Shown here piece after piece: positions 40,313 through 50,014 of a DNA stretch of 64,000 bases. This DNA is from Candidatus Poribacteria bacterium (GTDB lineage: Bacteria; Poribacteria; WGA-4E; WGA-3G). A model generated the notes under the pieces. That model was given only the letters and a program-made list of their open reading frames with translations, did not search any database and had not been told where the DNA came from. Positions within the stretch are counted from its first letter, which is position 1. Every line of letters starts with the position of its first letter. The DNA lies in the NCBI GenBank assembly GCA_965205025.1, contig CBDBFU010000014.1, forward strand, positions 192,001-256,000. Direction: 5' to 3'. The translations under genes and the position numbers were made by a program.

Positions 40313-41842
40313 TTAACGGTCTTCAAATGATCCAGCACCCTTGTCTCCACCTAAACAAAAGACATACCGTCCACTTGAACCAATGTATAGATTGCCATTA
40401 GCAATTACGGGTGAAGAAATGAACTTTAATCCATTTGAAACAGAATTAGCATCATATATCCACTCAATGTCACCATCAGATAGATCCAGTGAGAATATTC
40501 TCCCGTCATAAGTTGCAGCGTAAACTGATTGTTCTGTTACGGCTGGGGATGAAGCTACAACGGCATTTAGATCCACACTCCAATTTAATTCTCCATCTAA
40601 AGCACTGAGATTATAAACATGTCCATCTTTGGAACCAAATATCACCTGTTCGTTTTTAACGCAAATTGCTGACATCACAGCATCCCCAACTTCATATTCC
40701 CAAACTTTTTTACCGGTTTCCATATTTAATGCAATTACACTACCTTTTGGAATTGGTGCACTTTCTGAAAAATTACCTCTACCGAGTCCAAAATAGATAA
40801 TGTTGTCATAAGAACTTGGGCTACCCCAAACAGGATAGGCAGTGGGTGTAGACCAGATTTCCTTCCCCGTCATAGCATCTAAGGCATAGGTACGATATTC
40901 ACCATAACCTGTACCAAAATAGACCTTCCCATCTTTAACTATCGGTGCCATATCTGCATGAACAGCAGGAAAATGCCAAATCTCTTCACCTGCCAGAGCA
41001 TCTAAACAATACACACCATCTCCACCAGCCGTAAAATAAAGTCTCCCTTGAATAATATATGGTGTGGATTCTACGTGACTTGCTGTCTTAAAACTCCAAA
41101 TGGGATCACCTGTATTAGCATCAAGACAGCGGAGTCTACACCCAGTATCATAGTGATAGCCTTCACCAATATATACCCGTCCTGCAACAACTGCTGGAGA
41201 TGATATGATAGGGATATCAGAATCATGTTGCCAAATCAACTTATTCGTTTCTATATCAATACAGTAAGTAGCACCGCTAACAGATAAGATCGCTCCATGT
41301 GTCGCACCTATAAATAGACGATTCCCAACTATTGCAGGTGATGATGAGAGTTCTACTGCCATAGCTTCTTTGGATTTAAATATCCAATTAATGTTATTCG
41401 TTAAGGGACCAGGTAGATCGTCTAAATGTCCTGTACGATTAGCATTACCTCTAAATGTTGGCCAGGATTGTGTGTTGGTTACTAATTCTGTTTTCGATTT
41501 CTCAGGTTCTACTGTTATAGGGGGAGTTGGCTTGACATTCCTACCTACAAGTTGAAAGGTTAACACAGCTAAAATAACTAAAACTAAGATACTAATTAGT
41601 GAACCTATTTTGTTGGCGAAAACAAAATTACGTAGTCTATAGAATAACATCTTTGTCGTATCACGTGCAAAAACAAGACTGGTTACGACAGCGATTCCAA
41701 CAAAAGCAAGAATTTGAGGTATTATACTAAGTAGTGCAGAAAGAGGACCCAGTAGCTGGGGAATGACTGCATAAGCAGATGCTGTAAAACAGAAGAAAAC
41801 TGAAACGATTATCAAAGGTATAAGTATTCTAATTCTGTTCAT
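40313..41842 (-). CDS. PQQ-like beta-propeller repeat protein (BamB-like repeats), membrane anchored
   Basis: WPTFRGNANRTG, repeated SSP.V..G.VY.G...YCLDA.TG..IW; N-terminal hydrophobic segments. Confidence 0.87.
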   Translation of the reverse strand: MNRIRILIPLIIVSVFFCFTASAYAVIPQLLGPLSALLSIIPQILAFVGIAVVTSLVFARDTTKMLFYRLRNFVFANKIGSLISILVLVILAVLTFQLVGRNVKPTPPITVEPEKSKTELVTNTQSWPTFRGNANRTGHLDDLPGPLTNNINWIFKSKEAMAVELSSSPAIVGNRLFIGATHGAILSVSGATYCIDIETNKLIWQHDSDIPIISSPAVVAGRVYIGEGYHYDTGCRLRCLDANTGDPIWSFKTASHVESTPYIIQGRLYFTAGGDGVYCLDALAGEEIWHFPAVHADMAPIVKDGKVYFGTGYGEYRTYALDAMTGKEIWSTPTAYPVWGSPSSYDNIIYFGLGRGNFSESAPIPKGSVIALNMETGKKVWEYEVGDAVMSAICVKNEQVIFGSKDGHVYNLSALDGELNWSVDLNAVVASSPAVTEQSVYAATYDGRIFSLDLSDGDIEWIYDANSVSNGLKFISSPVIANGNLYIGSSGRYVFCLGGDKGAGSFEDR

Positions 41843-41864
41843 TATTAGATCCCTCGTTATAATG

Positions 41865-43031
41865 TCATTTTATAGTTGCCACAGCAAAATGTATAAGGTT
41901 TTCAAGCATATAGCGATTCTTTGCAGCTTTTTCTTTACTATTATTATGTAGGTTCGTTATCAGATACATACCTTTCCCATGTCGCAATTTAGCAACAACA
42001 ATTTCCTTTCCATTGTTTGTTGTTGCAAGTATCTCAAATCTATCATTCCAACCGCTCCATGAATCATCAAGGGCAAGTTGTCCAGAACGAATACGGTGTG
42101 GTGTCTTAAATAATGAACCTGCTAAAGATGTGGACTTGAAATCATTTCTGTGATTACTTTCAACCCCATTCAATTTATGTGGTAACCAACCAGTTTTACA
42201 AGGATTATCATCATCGCTGTCTTGTCCCGAAACAATGACAATACCACCATTTTTTACAAATTCTTTTATTTTTTTCTCTTGATTGTCATTAAGCCTGTAC
42301 CTCCCATCACGTCCAATAGATCTACATCCAATCCATAATATTTCAGCATTACTGAGTCCAGGCAAATTACGATCAGTTGTTTGATGATAAGAAATCCATT
42401 GCTTATCTACTTTATTTATCTCCGAGATAATTGGAATTTCTGCCTGATATCTTTCATCATGAAAAAGATGTAACTGTATAGCATTTTTACCAAGCATCGC
42501 ATTGAGTTCTTTTTGGAATTCTTGGGTTGAATCTCTTCGTGTGACTTGGTCTTTATTAAAGTATTTCTCAAAGTGTGTGAATCCCCACCAACCCCATTTT
42601 CCATTCTGTCTTGTGACTTGGGTTTGAAACCATTTTCCTCTTGTGTGTGCAAGACTATCAATTCTTCTATCATTTTTTAAATAAAAGATAATAATTGGTT
42701 CATCCACTTTTAGAAATTTGCTAATTTGGTCTCTGTGATCTTCCTCACCTTTATATACGTCAAACCTGATTTTGATCTCTTTGAAGTCACTTTTTCCTTT
42801 TAAATACTTCTCTACATTTACTGTGGCATTTTTTCGCTTAGTATTAACTTCTTTGACTGTGCCAAAAAGGACATTACTGCTTTCACCAATGATTTGGGGT
42901 ACAGTATAACGCTTTGTAATATAAGCATTAGCGTTATTCTGTGAAAAGAGTAATGTAATTAGACATACTGCTATTAAATATAATAGAAATCTGTAATATG
43001 ATAGTTTAGTATACTTACTTAATATATGCAC
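41865..43031 (-). CDS. Hypothetical secreted protein, C-terminal domain possibly GATase-like fold
   Basis: Signal peptide; IKEFVKNGGIVIV and HGKGMYLIT patterns. Confidence 0.6.
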   Translation of the reverse strand: MHILSKYTKLSYYRFLLYLIAVCLITLLFSQNNANAYITKRYTVPQIIGESSNVLFGTVKEVNTKRKNATVNVEKYLKGKSDFKEIKIRFDVYKGEEDHRDQISKFLKVDEPIIIFYLKNDRRIDSLAHTRGKWFQTQVTRQNGKWGWWGFTHFEKYFNKDQVTRRDSTQEFQKELNAMLGKNAIQLHLFHDERYQAEIPIISEINKVDKQWISYHQTTDRNLPGLSNAEILWIGCRSIGRDGRYRLNDNQEKKIKEFVKNGGIVIVSGQDSDDDNPCKTGWLPHKLNGVESNHRNDFKSTSLAGSLFKTPHRIRSGQLALDDSWSGWNDRFEILATTNNGKEIVVAKLRHGKGMYLITNLHNNSKEKAAKNRYMLENLIHFAVATIK

Positions 43032-43115
43032 GGCATGTCTCCTGTAATATCTATATAGTGTGGAATAAAGTTATAGGTTATTAGAAGGTATGTTGGTAAT
43101 AAATGGTAAATTAAT

Positions 43116-43436
43116 TTAGTCTAACTTCACAGCAGTACCAGTAGCTGTCACCATTAACATGCCATTACTACTTCCAAGTACCTGATAATCTATATCAATT
43201 CCTACTATTGCATCTGCATTCTGTTGTGATGCGATCTGTTCCATTTCCCGAATTGCAGTTTCACGTGCCTCGGTTAACTTACTCTCATAAGCTTCTGATC
43301 TCCCACCGATCATATCAGTTATACCCGCAAGAAAATCACGGACGATATTCGCACCCATAATTGTCTCACCAGTTACCAATCCCATGTATTCCACGATTTG
43401 TCTGCCTTCAATCGAATTTGTTGTCGTCGTAATCAT
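43116..43436 (-). CDS. YbjQ/UPF0145 family protein
   Basis: [43 protein letters not shown]. Confidence 0.93.
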   Translation of the reverse strand: MITTTTNSIEGRQIVEYMGLVTGETIMGANIVRDFLAGITDMIGGRSEAYESKLTEARETAIREMEQIASQQNADAIVGIDIDYQVLGSSNGMLMVTATGTAVKLD

Positions 43437-44545
43437 TATTGTGCCTTCCCTCTTGCAGCGATATCCCAACAACATACTACAATGTTGTCTCGAATTCCAT
43501 AAGACTTGTCATGTAAATTTACGGTAGTGCAACAATGTGTAGGTAATATTTCAAACTTATCTCCAGGTTTTAAGTTAATATCACCATTGGATACTTCAAT
43601 TTTTCCATGTTCCTCGGAAAGTCCTACCAATTCAAGATTGGAAAAACCAATTGGTTGTGGATTGCCAAACTCAGTTGTCAGTACTTTCATTCCTGAATCT
43701 ACAATAATACGATTCTGTTGGGGTCGACTTACAACTGTGGTAAGTACGGATAAAGCGTAATCGAATTTCTCACCTATTCCTTCTACTCCACTGTATGTTG
43801 AATCCATAAATACATACGAGCCTGCCTGTATTTCAGTCATTTCAGGGATACGACTTGTTATATCAAATGTACCGGTTCCACCACCGCTCATTATATTTAC
43901 AGGGATACCATTATTTTCAAGAAGATTCTTGGATTCAACCAAGTGTTGCATATCATTTTTTACTGCTTTTTCTCTATCAGCGCGCTCTGTTCTCGCTACT
44001 ATATGACCTTCATACCCCATCAATCCTTCAAATTCTAAGTTTGGACTCTTACAAATCTGCTGTGCTAATTCAAGGGTAGGTTGTCCTGGTTCAACTCCAC
44101 AACGGTTCATACCAATGTTAACTTCAATTAGAATCCTGACTTTTACTCCTTTTGACTTTGCAGCATCAGAGATATTCTGCACATTATCGGAGTTATCAAC
44201 TGCAACCATGATTTCTGATCGAGCTGCAAGGTTGATAAGTCTTTCTATTTTTTGGACACCAACTATCTGATTGGCAATCAGAACATCATGAATTCCTGTA
44301 TCAACAACTGCTTCTGCTTCACCTAATTTTGCACATGTAATTCCAATTGCACCAGCATCCAACTGTTTCTGAGCAATAATTGGGGTTTTATGTGTTTTTA
44401 GATGTGGTCTGAGATCTGTAGAAATACCAGAAAAATAATCCGCCATATTCTGGATATTACTTTCCAATATATCCAGATTAATTAATAGTGCTGGGGTATC
44501 TAATTCAGTCTTGTGTTTTCCAAGAAATGATTGAGTATCTGACAT
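43436..44545 (-). CDS. DSD1/D-threonine aldolase family PLP-dependent enzyme
   Basis: [42 protein letters not shown]. Confidence 0.92.
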   Translation of the reverse strand: MSDTQSFLGKHKTELDTPALLINLDILESNIQNMADYFSGISTDLRPHLKTHKTPIIAQKQLDAGAIGITCAKLGEAEAVVDTGIHDVLIANQIVGVQKIERLINLAARSEIMVAVDNSDNVQNISDAAKSKGVKVRILIEVNIGMNRCGVEPGQPTLELAQQICKSPNLEFEGLMGYEGHIVARTERADREKAVKNDMQHLVESKNLLENNGIPVNIMSGGGTGTFDITSRIPEMTEIQAGSYVFMDSTYSGVEGIGEKFDYALSVLTTVVSRPQQNRIIVDSGMKVLTTEFGNPQPIGFSNLELVGLSEEHGKIEVSNGDINLKPGDKFEILPTHCCTTVNLHDKSYGIRDNIVVCCWDIAARGKAQ

Positions 44546-44555
44546 CTTCGTTCAG

Positions 44556-45509
44556 TTAAAGTTGTTTTACAGGATTTGATAATGTTCCGAAACCATCAAT
44601 TTCTATTTTTACAATATCTCCGGCAGCCAAGGGAAGGTCGTTAGGTACGATTATACCTGTACCAGTTGTAACCACTGTTCCAAAGGGTATAGGGTTATCC
44701 CGCATCAGGAACTCAGAAAGTTGTTCAAATTTCCAATTAATTTGTGAAGTATTAACTTCTCCTACGTATAATTCTTTTTCATCTCGAAGAATAGTACATT
44801 TCATCTGAAGGTTGTATGGATCATCCACTTCAGAAGTGGTTACAAACATTGGACCCAGCGCACAACAGCCAGCATATACTTTCGATTGCGGTAGGTATAA
44901 CGGGTTGTCGCGTTCAATATCCCAGGCAGAGACATCATTGCAGAGAGTATAACCTAATATCTCACCATCCATACCAAGTATATATGCAAGTTCTGGTTCT
45001 GCTGCTGTAAGATTTGAATCACTACGTATACCTATATATCCGTTAGGTCCAACGCATCGAGGCGGTGTCGCTTTGAAAAATATCTCAGGTCTATCTGCAT
45101 GATATACACGACTGTATATATCTTGTTCACTATCATCATCCCGCATATCAGCACTACGTTTATATGTAACACCACATCCCCAAACCTCAGGTGAATCTAT
45201 GGGCGACAATAGATAGGGTAAATCATCTGCTGGTGAAATATTTAACTTATCTAAGGTTAAACCCCCATCTTCTGATGATTCGGCTTCAGGTATCGGGTTT
45301 GTGGGAAATCTGATTGGTTTAGGTGTTGAAGTCTGTTCCTGTATATCTGCAAGCAATACACCTAAACTAACTCGTTCTTTATTAGCAAGTTCAAGAATTT
45401 CTAACACACCAGGTGATTCATCGCTTGTAACATCTATTACTTCATTCTCACGGGTAACAATTCCTACACGTTTTCCTATACTTGGCAGATGAAATTGGAT
45501 TAGTTTCAT
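44556..45509 (-). CDS. Fumarylacetoacetate hydrolase family protein (2-keto-3-deoxy-pentonate dehydratase-like)
   Basis: EVWGCGVTYKRS, RPEIFFKA, EPEL, NDVSAWDIE, NPLYLPQSK, TGTGIIVP. Confidence 0.9.
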   Translation of the reverse strand: MKLIQFHLPSIGKRVGIVTRENEVIDVTSDESPGVLEILELANKERVSLGVLLADIQEQTSTPKPIRFPTNPIPEAESSEDGGLTLDKLNISPADDLPYLLSPIDSPEVWGCGVTYKRSADMRDDDSEQDIYSRVYHADRPEIFFKATPPRCVGPNGYIGIRSDSNLTAAEPELAYILGMDGEILGYTLCNDVSAWDIERDNPLYLPQSKVYAGCCALGPMFVTTSEVDDPYNLQMKCTILRDEKELYVGEVNTSQINWKFEQLSEFLMRDNPIPFGTVVTTGTGIIVPNDLPLAAGDIVKIEIDGFGTLSNPVKQL

Positions 45510-45619
45510 GATACTCCGAACAAACAGTTATAAACATAAAGGTAATTAAAATACCATTTAACAAACTTTATATGTAACAAACTTTATATGCCGTATATTT
45601 AGACCTGTTTTTATATAAC

Positions 45620-46234
45620 CTATGATGAAGGAACCAGTAATGATTTCTCAAGATATAATACGACTTCTTGGGCGGATTCAAGGATATCCAGTTGTGACGT
45701 GTCAATGACAACTTCTGCGTTATTAGGAGCTTCGTAGGGGGCACTGATACCAGTAAATTCCTTAATCTCACCTGAACGGGCTTTCTTATATAGTCCTTTT
45801 GGATCACGTTGTTCGCACACATCAAGAGGACAATCCACATATACTTCAACAAATCTATTTTCTGTTAGAAGGTCTCTTGCTTGATCTCGATCTGCGCGGT
45901 AAGGAGAAATAAATGCAGTCATGACAATTGTGCCAGCATCTACAAATAATTTTGCAACTTCTCCTACTCGTCGTATGTTTTCTTCTCTATCTTCTGGAGA
46001 AAAACCCAAATTCTTGTTTAATCCATGTCGAACATTATCACCATCTAATACATAGGTATGGTGATTGCGTTCGTGTAATAGATGTGCTACTGTGTTTGCT
46101 AACGTTGATTTTCCTGATCCTGATAGTCCTGTAAACCAAATTACACAACCCTTTTGGTTGAGTAGTTCCTCTCTATCTTCCATAGAGACAGTCATTTCAT
46201 GCCATGTAATATTAGTTGCTCTCTGTTCTGCCAA
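45620..46234 (-). CDS. cysC: Adenylyl-sulfate kinase
   Basis: [41 protein letters not shown]. Confidence 0.97.
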   Translation of the reverse strand: MAEQRATNITWHEMTVSMEDREELLNQKGCVIWFTGLSGSGKSTLANTVAHLLHERNHHTYVLDGDNVRHGLNKNLGFSPEDREENIRRVGEVAKLFVDAGTIVMTAFISPYRADRDQARDLLTENRFVEVYVDCPLDVCEQRDPKGLYKKARSGEIKEFTGISAPYEAPNNAEVVIDTSQLDILESAQEVVLYLEKSLLVPSS

Positions 46235-46770
46235 TCGATTTTCCCTCGTAAAATATTAAATTATTGCATGCAATATACATTATATAGTTGTCCTTATAAT
46301 CACATCCTGTATAAATACATTTGATGTATAAGTATACCAGATAGAATAGCGAAGTGCAAACTATATTTGAGAGTATTCAATATTTAACGAACTTAGTTAC
46401 AACGCAGTGTACTATTAACATTTAGTGTTTTACATTTCACATACCCGTCCCGTTTGGGTTCAATTCTAAGACTTTCTGATACCTGAAAACTTCAAAGGTA
46501 TGAGGGAACTCCTATTCCCAACTACAAACAGGCCACAATTCGGAGATCGCTCTTACATATATGAACATTTATGAAATGCAACAAAACTGCTGTCTAACTG
46601 ATACAAAACGATACTAAGTAAATAATATTACTTGAATTTCGAATTATTGGTTTAGTTGTAATTAAATATGGTTATTTTGGCTTCTATTTTAATTTGGTTT
46701 TATAGATATATCATGTTATTATTTATTAACTATATAAGCAAGATATTATTATGTCATTTTGGAGGTATTT

Positions 46771-47235
46771 ATGGCAGAAAAAGGAAGCGCAGCTCCAGAT
46801 TTTACTTTATCAGGATCAAATAATCAAGATGATACGGAAGTTTCATTAGGTGATTATAAAGGGAAGAAATTAGTAGTTTTATTTTATCCCCTTGATTTCT
46901 CACCAGTGTGTTCGGAACAGGTCCCCGATTTCAATGAGAATTTAGAAGCAATTAGAGCAAAAGGTGCTGACGTAGTTGCTATAAGTCGAGATTCAACCTT
47001 TGCACACAAAGCATGGAGTGAAACCCTTGGTGGTGTAGATTTTCCACTCCTTTCAGATATGAATCTTGAAGTATCAAAGAAATTTGGAATGGCACTTGAA
47101 GAAGTAGGTATTACAACTCGAGGTGTATTTATAATTGATCAATCTGGAAATATAGCATTTAAACACGTTGAAGATGCACCACCAGATAATACATTGACTG
47201 CTAAACAGGTTGTTGAAGAACTTGATAATTTGTAG
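46771..47235 (+). CDS. Peroxiredoxin (1-Cys, AhpE-like)
   Basis: FYPLDFSPVC, RGVFIID; single Cys; GGAGG RBS. Confidence 0.9.
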   Translation: MAEKGSAAPDFTLSGSNNQDDTEVSLGDYKGKKLVVLFYPLDFSPVCSEQVPDFNENLEAIRAKGADVVAISRDSTFAHKAWSETLGGVDFPLLSDMNLEVSKKFGMALEEVGITTRGVFIIDQSGNIAFKHVEDAPPDNTLTAKQVVEELDNL

Positions 47236-47396
47236 GTCTTGCTACATCATGATAGGAAGGGATGGGTAATCTTAATTATCCGTCCTTTCTATATAGTCCA
47301 CATACGACTTTATCAGAGAGTAGTATAATTCTAAAACTTCAGTCACATCCTGTCTTTAAACACCTATTTTATTATCTTTTCTATACTATCTATTTC

Positions 47397-47425
47397 TTGA
47401 CAATCCACCCATGATATGGTATAAT
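47397..47425 (+). promoter_or_regulatory. Consensus sigma70 promoter of tRNA-Gly
   Basis: TTGACA-17 bp-TATAAT with extended TG, 13 bp upstream of the tRNA. Confidence 0.85.
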
Positions 47426-47438
47426 TCCTATGATGGGT

Positions 47439-47510
47439 GCGGGTGTAGCTCAGCGGTAGAGCATCAGCTTCCCAAGCTGAGGGTCGCGGGTTCAATTCCC
47501 GTCACCCGCT
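47439..47510 (+). tRNA. tRNA-Gly (CCC)
   Basis: gcgggtg/cacccgc acceptor stem, anticodon loop ttcccaa, GTTCAATTC T-loop; CCA not encoded. Confidence 0.95.
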
Positions 47511-47538
47511 TGTAAGTCATAAAATCATTGAGGATATC

Positions 47539-48687
47539 ATGTCACAAAAAAGACGTATAATGAATGAAGAAATAAAACAAGAGGATAAGTTTATTGATCT
47601 TGTTTTTGCATGTTATTCATTCATAAAAGACAATGCTAAGATAATTACGATTGTTACTGCAGTGGTAATTGTTGGAGTTGTTGGGTATATTGTCTATAAT
47701 CAGAATCAGGAAAACACTTACGCTAAGGCATCCGCCCATTATTCTGAAGCAATCACTACATATAAAGATGCAGAGAAAGATTTCTTAGACACATCTGCAC
47801 CCACTGATGAAACTGAAAATAAGGAAGAAACTGAAAAACCTACATTTCCTGAAGCCGAAGAAAAACTTAAGGCGTTTTTCCAGAAATATCCTAATACTAT
47901 ATTTGCAGATAAAGCACGTTACCAATATGCCAAAAGTCTATATTATCAAGAAAAATATCCTGAGGCACGGAATGAATTTCAGGTAGTAGTGGACAATCAT
48001 AAAGCAGAAAATGAACTTATTGCATTGTATGCACAAAAGGCTATTGGCAACTGTTACGAACAAGAGAAAAACTACACTAAAGCAATTTCCGCCTATGAAG
48101 CAAATTCATTTCCGACAACCTCGAATCTCTCTACACAAATTAGACAGTATGTCATAACTGGTGCAAAATTCAATCAAGCTCTCTGTTATGAAAAGCTCAA
48201 TGAAATTGAAGATGCTAAAGTCGCATATCAAGATGTTATTGACGAATTTGAAAAAACAATACAGTCTGGTTTAGATCAGAAAAGTCATGATTTACTCAAT
48301 CATGCAAAAGATGTAATCAGTGTTATTGAAGATTCAATAGATCTAACACAAGCCACAAAATTAGAGACTGATGAGCTTTTCTTTGATGCACTTATAGCCT
48401 ATACAGATGTAATACGGGATTACAAGGTATCAAAGGATATTAGCCATGGGTTGCCAAAAGATATTCGTAAACGCATCAAAATTTACGAAGATTTAGCAAC
48501 ATCCTTTATTAAAAATGTACAATTAGCAAAGGAAGCAGAAAAAAATGAAAACCATAGTTCTGCATTGAATAGTTACAATCGAATTACAAACCTAACAGAT
48601 TTAGGATTAAATAGAAATGTTTATGAACGCGCTCATCTGAATTATGACCGTCTAAATCTTTCAGCACAAGTGGTGTCAAATGAATAA
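47539..48687 (+). CDS. Membrane-anchored TPR protein (YfgM-like N-terminus)
   Basis: N-terminal TM helix then TPR units (KYPNTIFADKARYQYA). Confidence 0.8.
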   Translation: MSQKRRIMNEEIKQEDKFIDLVFACYSFIKDNAKIITIVTAVVIVGVVGYIVYNQNQENTYAKASAHYSEAITTYKDAEKDFLDTSAPTDETENKEETEKPTFPEAEEKLKAFFQKYPNTIFADKARYQYAKSLYYQEKYPEARNEFQVVVDNHKAENELIALYAQKAIGNCYEQEKNYTKAISAYEANSFPTTSNLSTQIRQYVITGAKFNQALCYEKLNEIEDAKVAYQDVIDEFEKTIQSGLDQKSHDLLNHAKDVISVIEDSIDLTQATKLETDELFFDALIAYTDVIRDYKVSKDISHGLPKDIRKRIKIYEDLATSFIKNVQLAKEAEKNENHSSALNSYNRITNLTDLGLNRNVYERAHLNYDRLNLSAQVVSNE

Positions 48688-49687
48688 TTCAAGCTATAAT
48701 ATAATACAAACAAAAGTAAGAAATGCAATTTCATTAACTATATTTTGTGTATTGCTGATTTTTCCACTGAATGTTTACGCTCAACCACAAGGTAGAATTG
48801 CGTATGCCGTATCTGGATTCAATGACAAAGTAGGTAGATTAGATTTTAATCTCCATATGACAACTTTCACACCAGATGGGGATTATAAGACCCTACCCTT
48901 AAACCAAACAGGAATGTATCCTGCTTGGGGACCAAAAGGGGATACTCTCTACTTCATTCAGCGCGCTGCCACCCAATCAGATGTATATTCAATAGATATC
49001 AATAACCCAAGGAATAAAACGAAACACACCCCTATTAGTGGGACATACAGATTCCTTGCAGTATCACCAAATGGTAAGAAGTTGGCATTTAACGGCTGGA
49101 CAAATGAACAAAAACAACAAGACAACCAGATTTGGGTACTTGATATTGCTTCCGGTGAAATGGAAGTGATGACACAAATTCCTCATTTTGGTAGATCCTT
49201 CTTTTTTTGGGGCATTACTTGGTCACCAAATAGTAAACAACTTGCCTTCTCTCTGGAAAGATCAGGTGGTTTAGATCAATTATACATATTAGATACTGAA
49301 ACAAAAGAGATTGATATATTAACAGAACTAAATATTGATTTATATCCGGTATGGGCACCAGATGGGAAGAGTATTTTGTTCCGCAGATGGAATAGGGAAT
49401 TTGATACCTTAACTACTATTGATGTTGAGACACGAGCCATCAAACCTTTATTTGATGTTGATAAATTTACAGGTATGTGGACAGATTGGTCGTTTGACGG
49501 ACAACAAATTATCTATTCTCGTTGGGGTGTTTTTTATCTTCATAATCTTGAAGATGGAAAGACTGAGCAATTGTTTGAAATTGAAGGTAGTATATTTGTG
49601 ATTTCATGGTGGAAACATGAGGTATTACCTGTGGCACCACGAGAAAAATTAGCTACCACATGGGGAACTGTAAAACAAAGGAATTGA
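48680..49687 (+). CDS. Secreted TolB-like (PD40) beta-propeller protein with KLATTW tail
   Basis: Signal peptide, PAWGP/VSPNG/WSPNS/WAPDG repeats; ends VAPREKLATTWGTVKQRN. Confidence 0.85.
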   Translation: MNNSSYNIIQTKVRNAISLTIFCVLLIFPLNVYAQPQGRIAYAVSGFNDKVGRLDFNLHMTTFTPDGDYKTLPLNQTGMYPAWGPKGDTLYFIQRAATQSDVYSIDINNPRNKTKHTPISGTYRFLAVSPNGKKLAFNGWTNEQKQQDNQIWVLDIASGEMEVMTQIPHFGRSFFFWGITWSPNSKQLAFSLERSGGLDQLYILDTETKEIDILTELNIDLYPVWAPDGKSILFRRWNREFDTLTTIDVETRAIKPLFDVDKFTGMWTDWSFDGQQIIYSRWGVFYLHNLEDGKTEQLFEIEGSIFVISWWKHEVLPVAPREKLATTWGTVKQRN

Positions 49688-50014
49688 CTGTTTCTCTATT
49701 TACTGATAAAACAAACCCAGAATTAGTTCGGAAGTATAGTGGCACAAATCTGAATGTTCTGTGAACAAAAATTAACACTTTAAAATACTCCGTATAAAAT
49801 AACAAATTAAATCAAATTCTTATCTGATTAAAGCTTGTATTTCCCTCATGGTGAATATGAATCTACATTGAAGAGATAAGGTGTCCGCCTTTAAAAGTGT
49901 AGGTAATGGTTGGGTTAAGTTAATTAGGATAGAATTGTTTTGGAATTTCATTTACTTAGGAGTTTCCATAAATACATCGCCTTAATAGTATTTAGACAAT
50001 GAAAGGTTACACCG

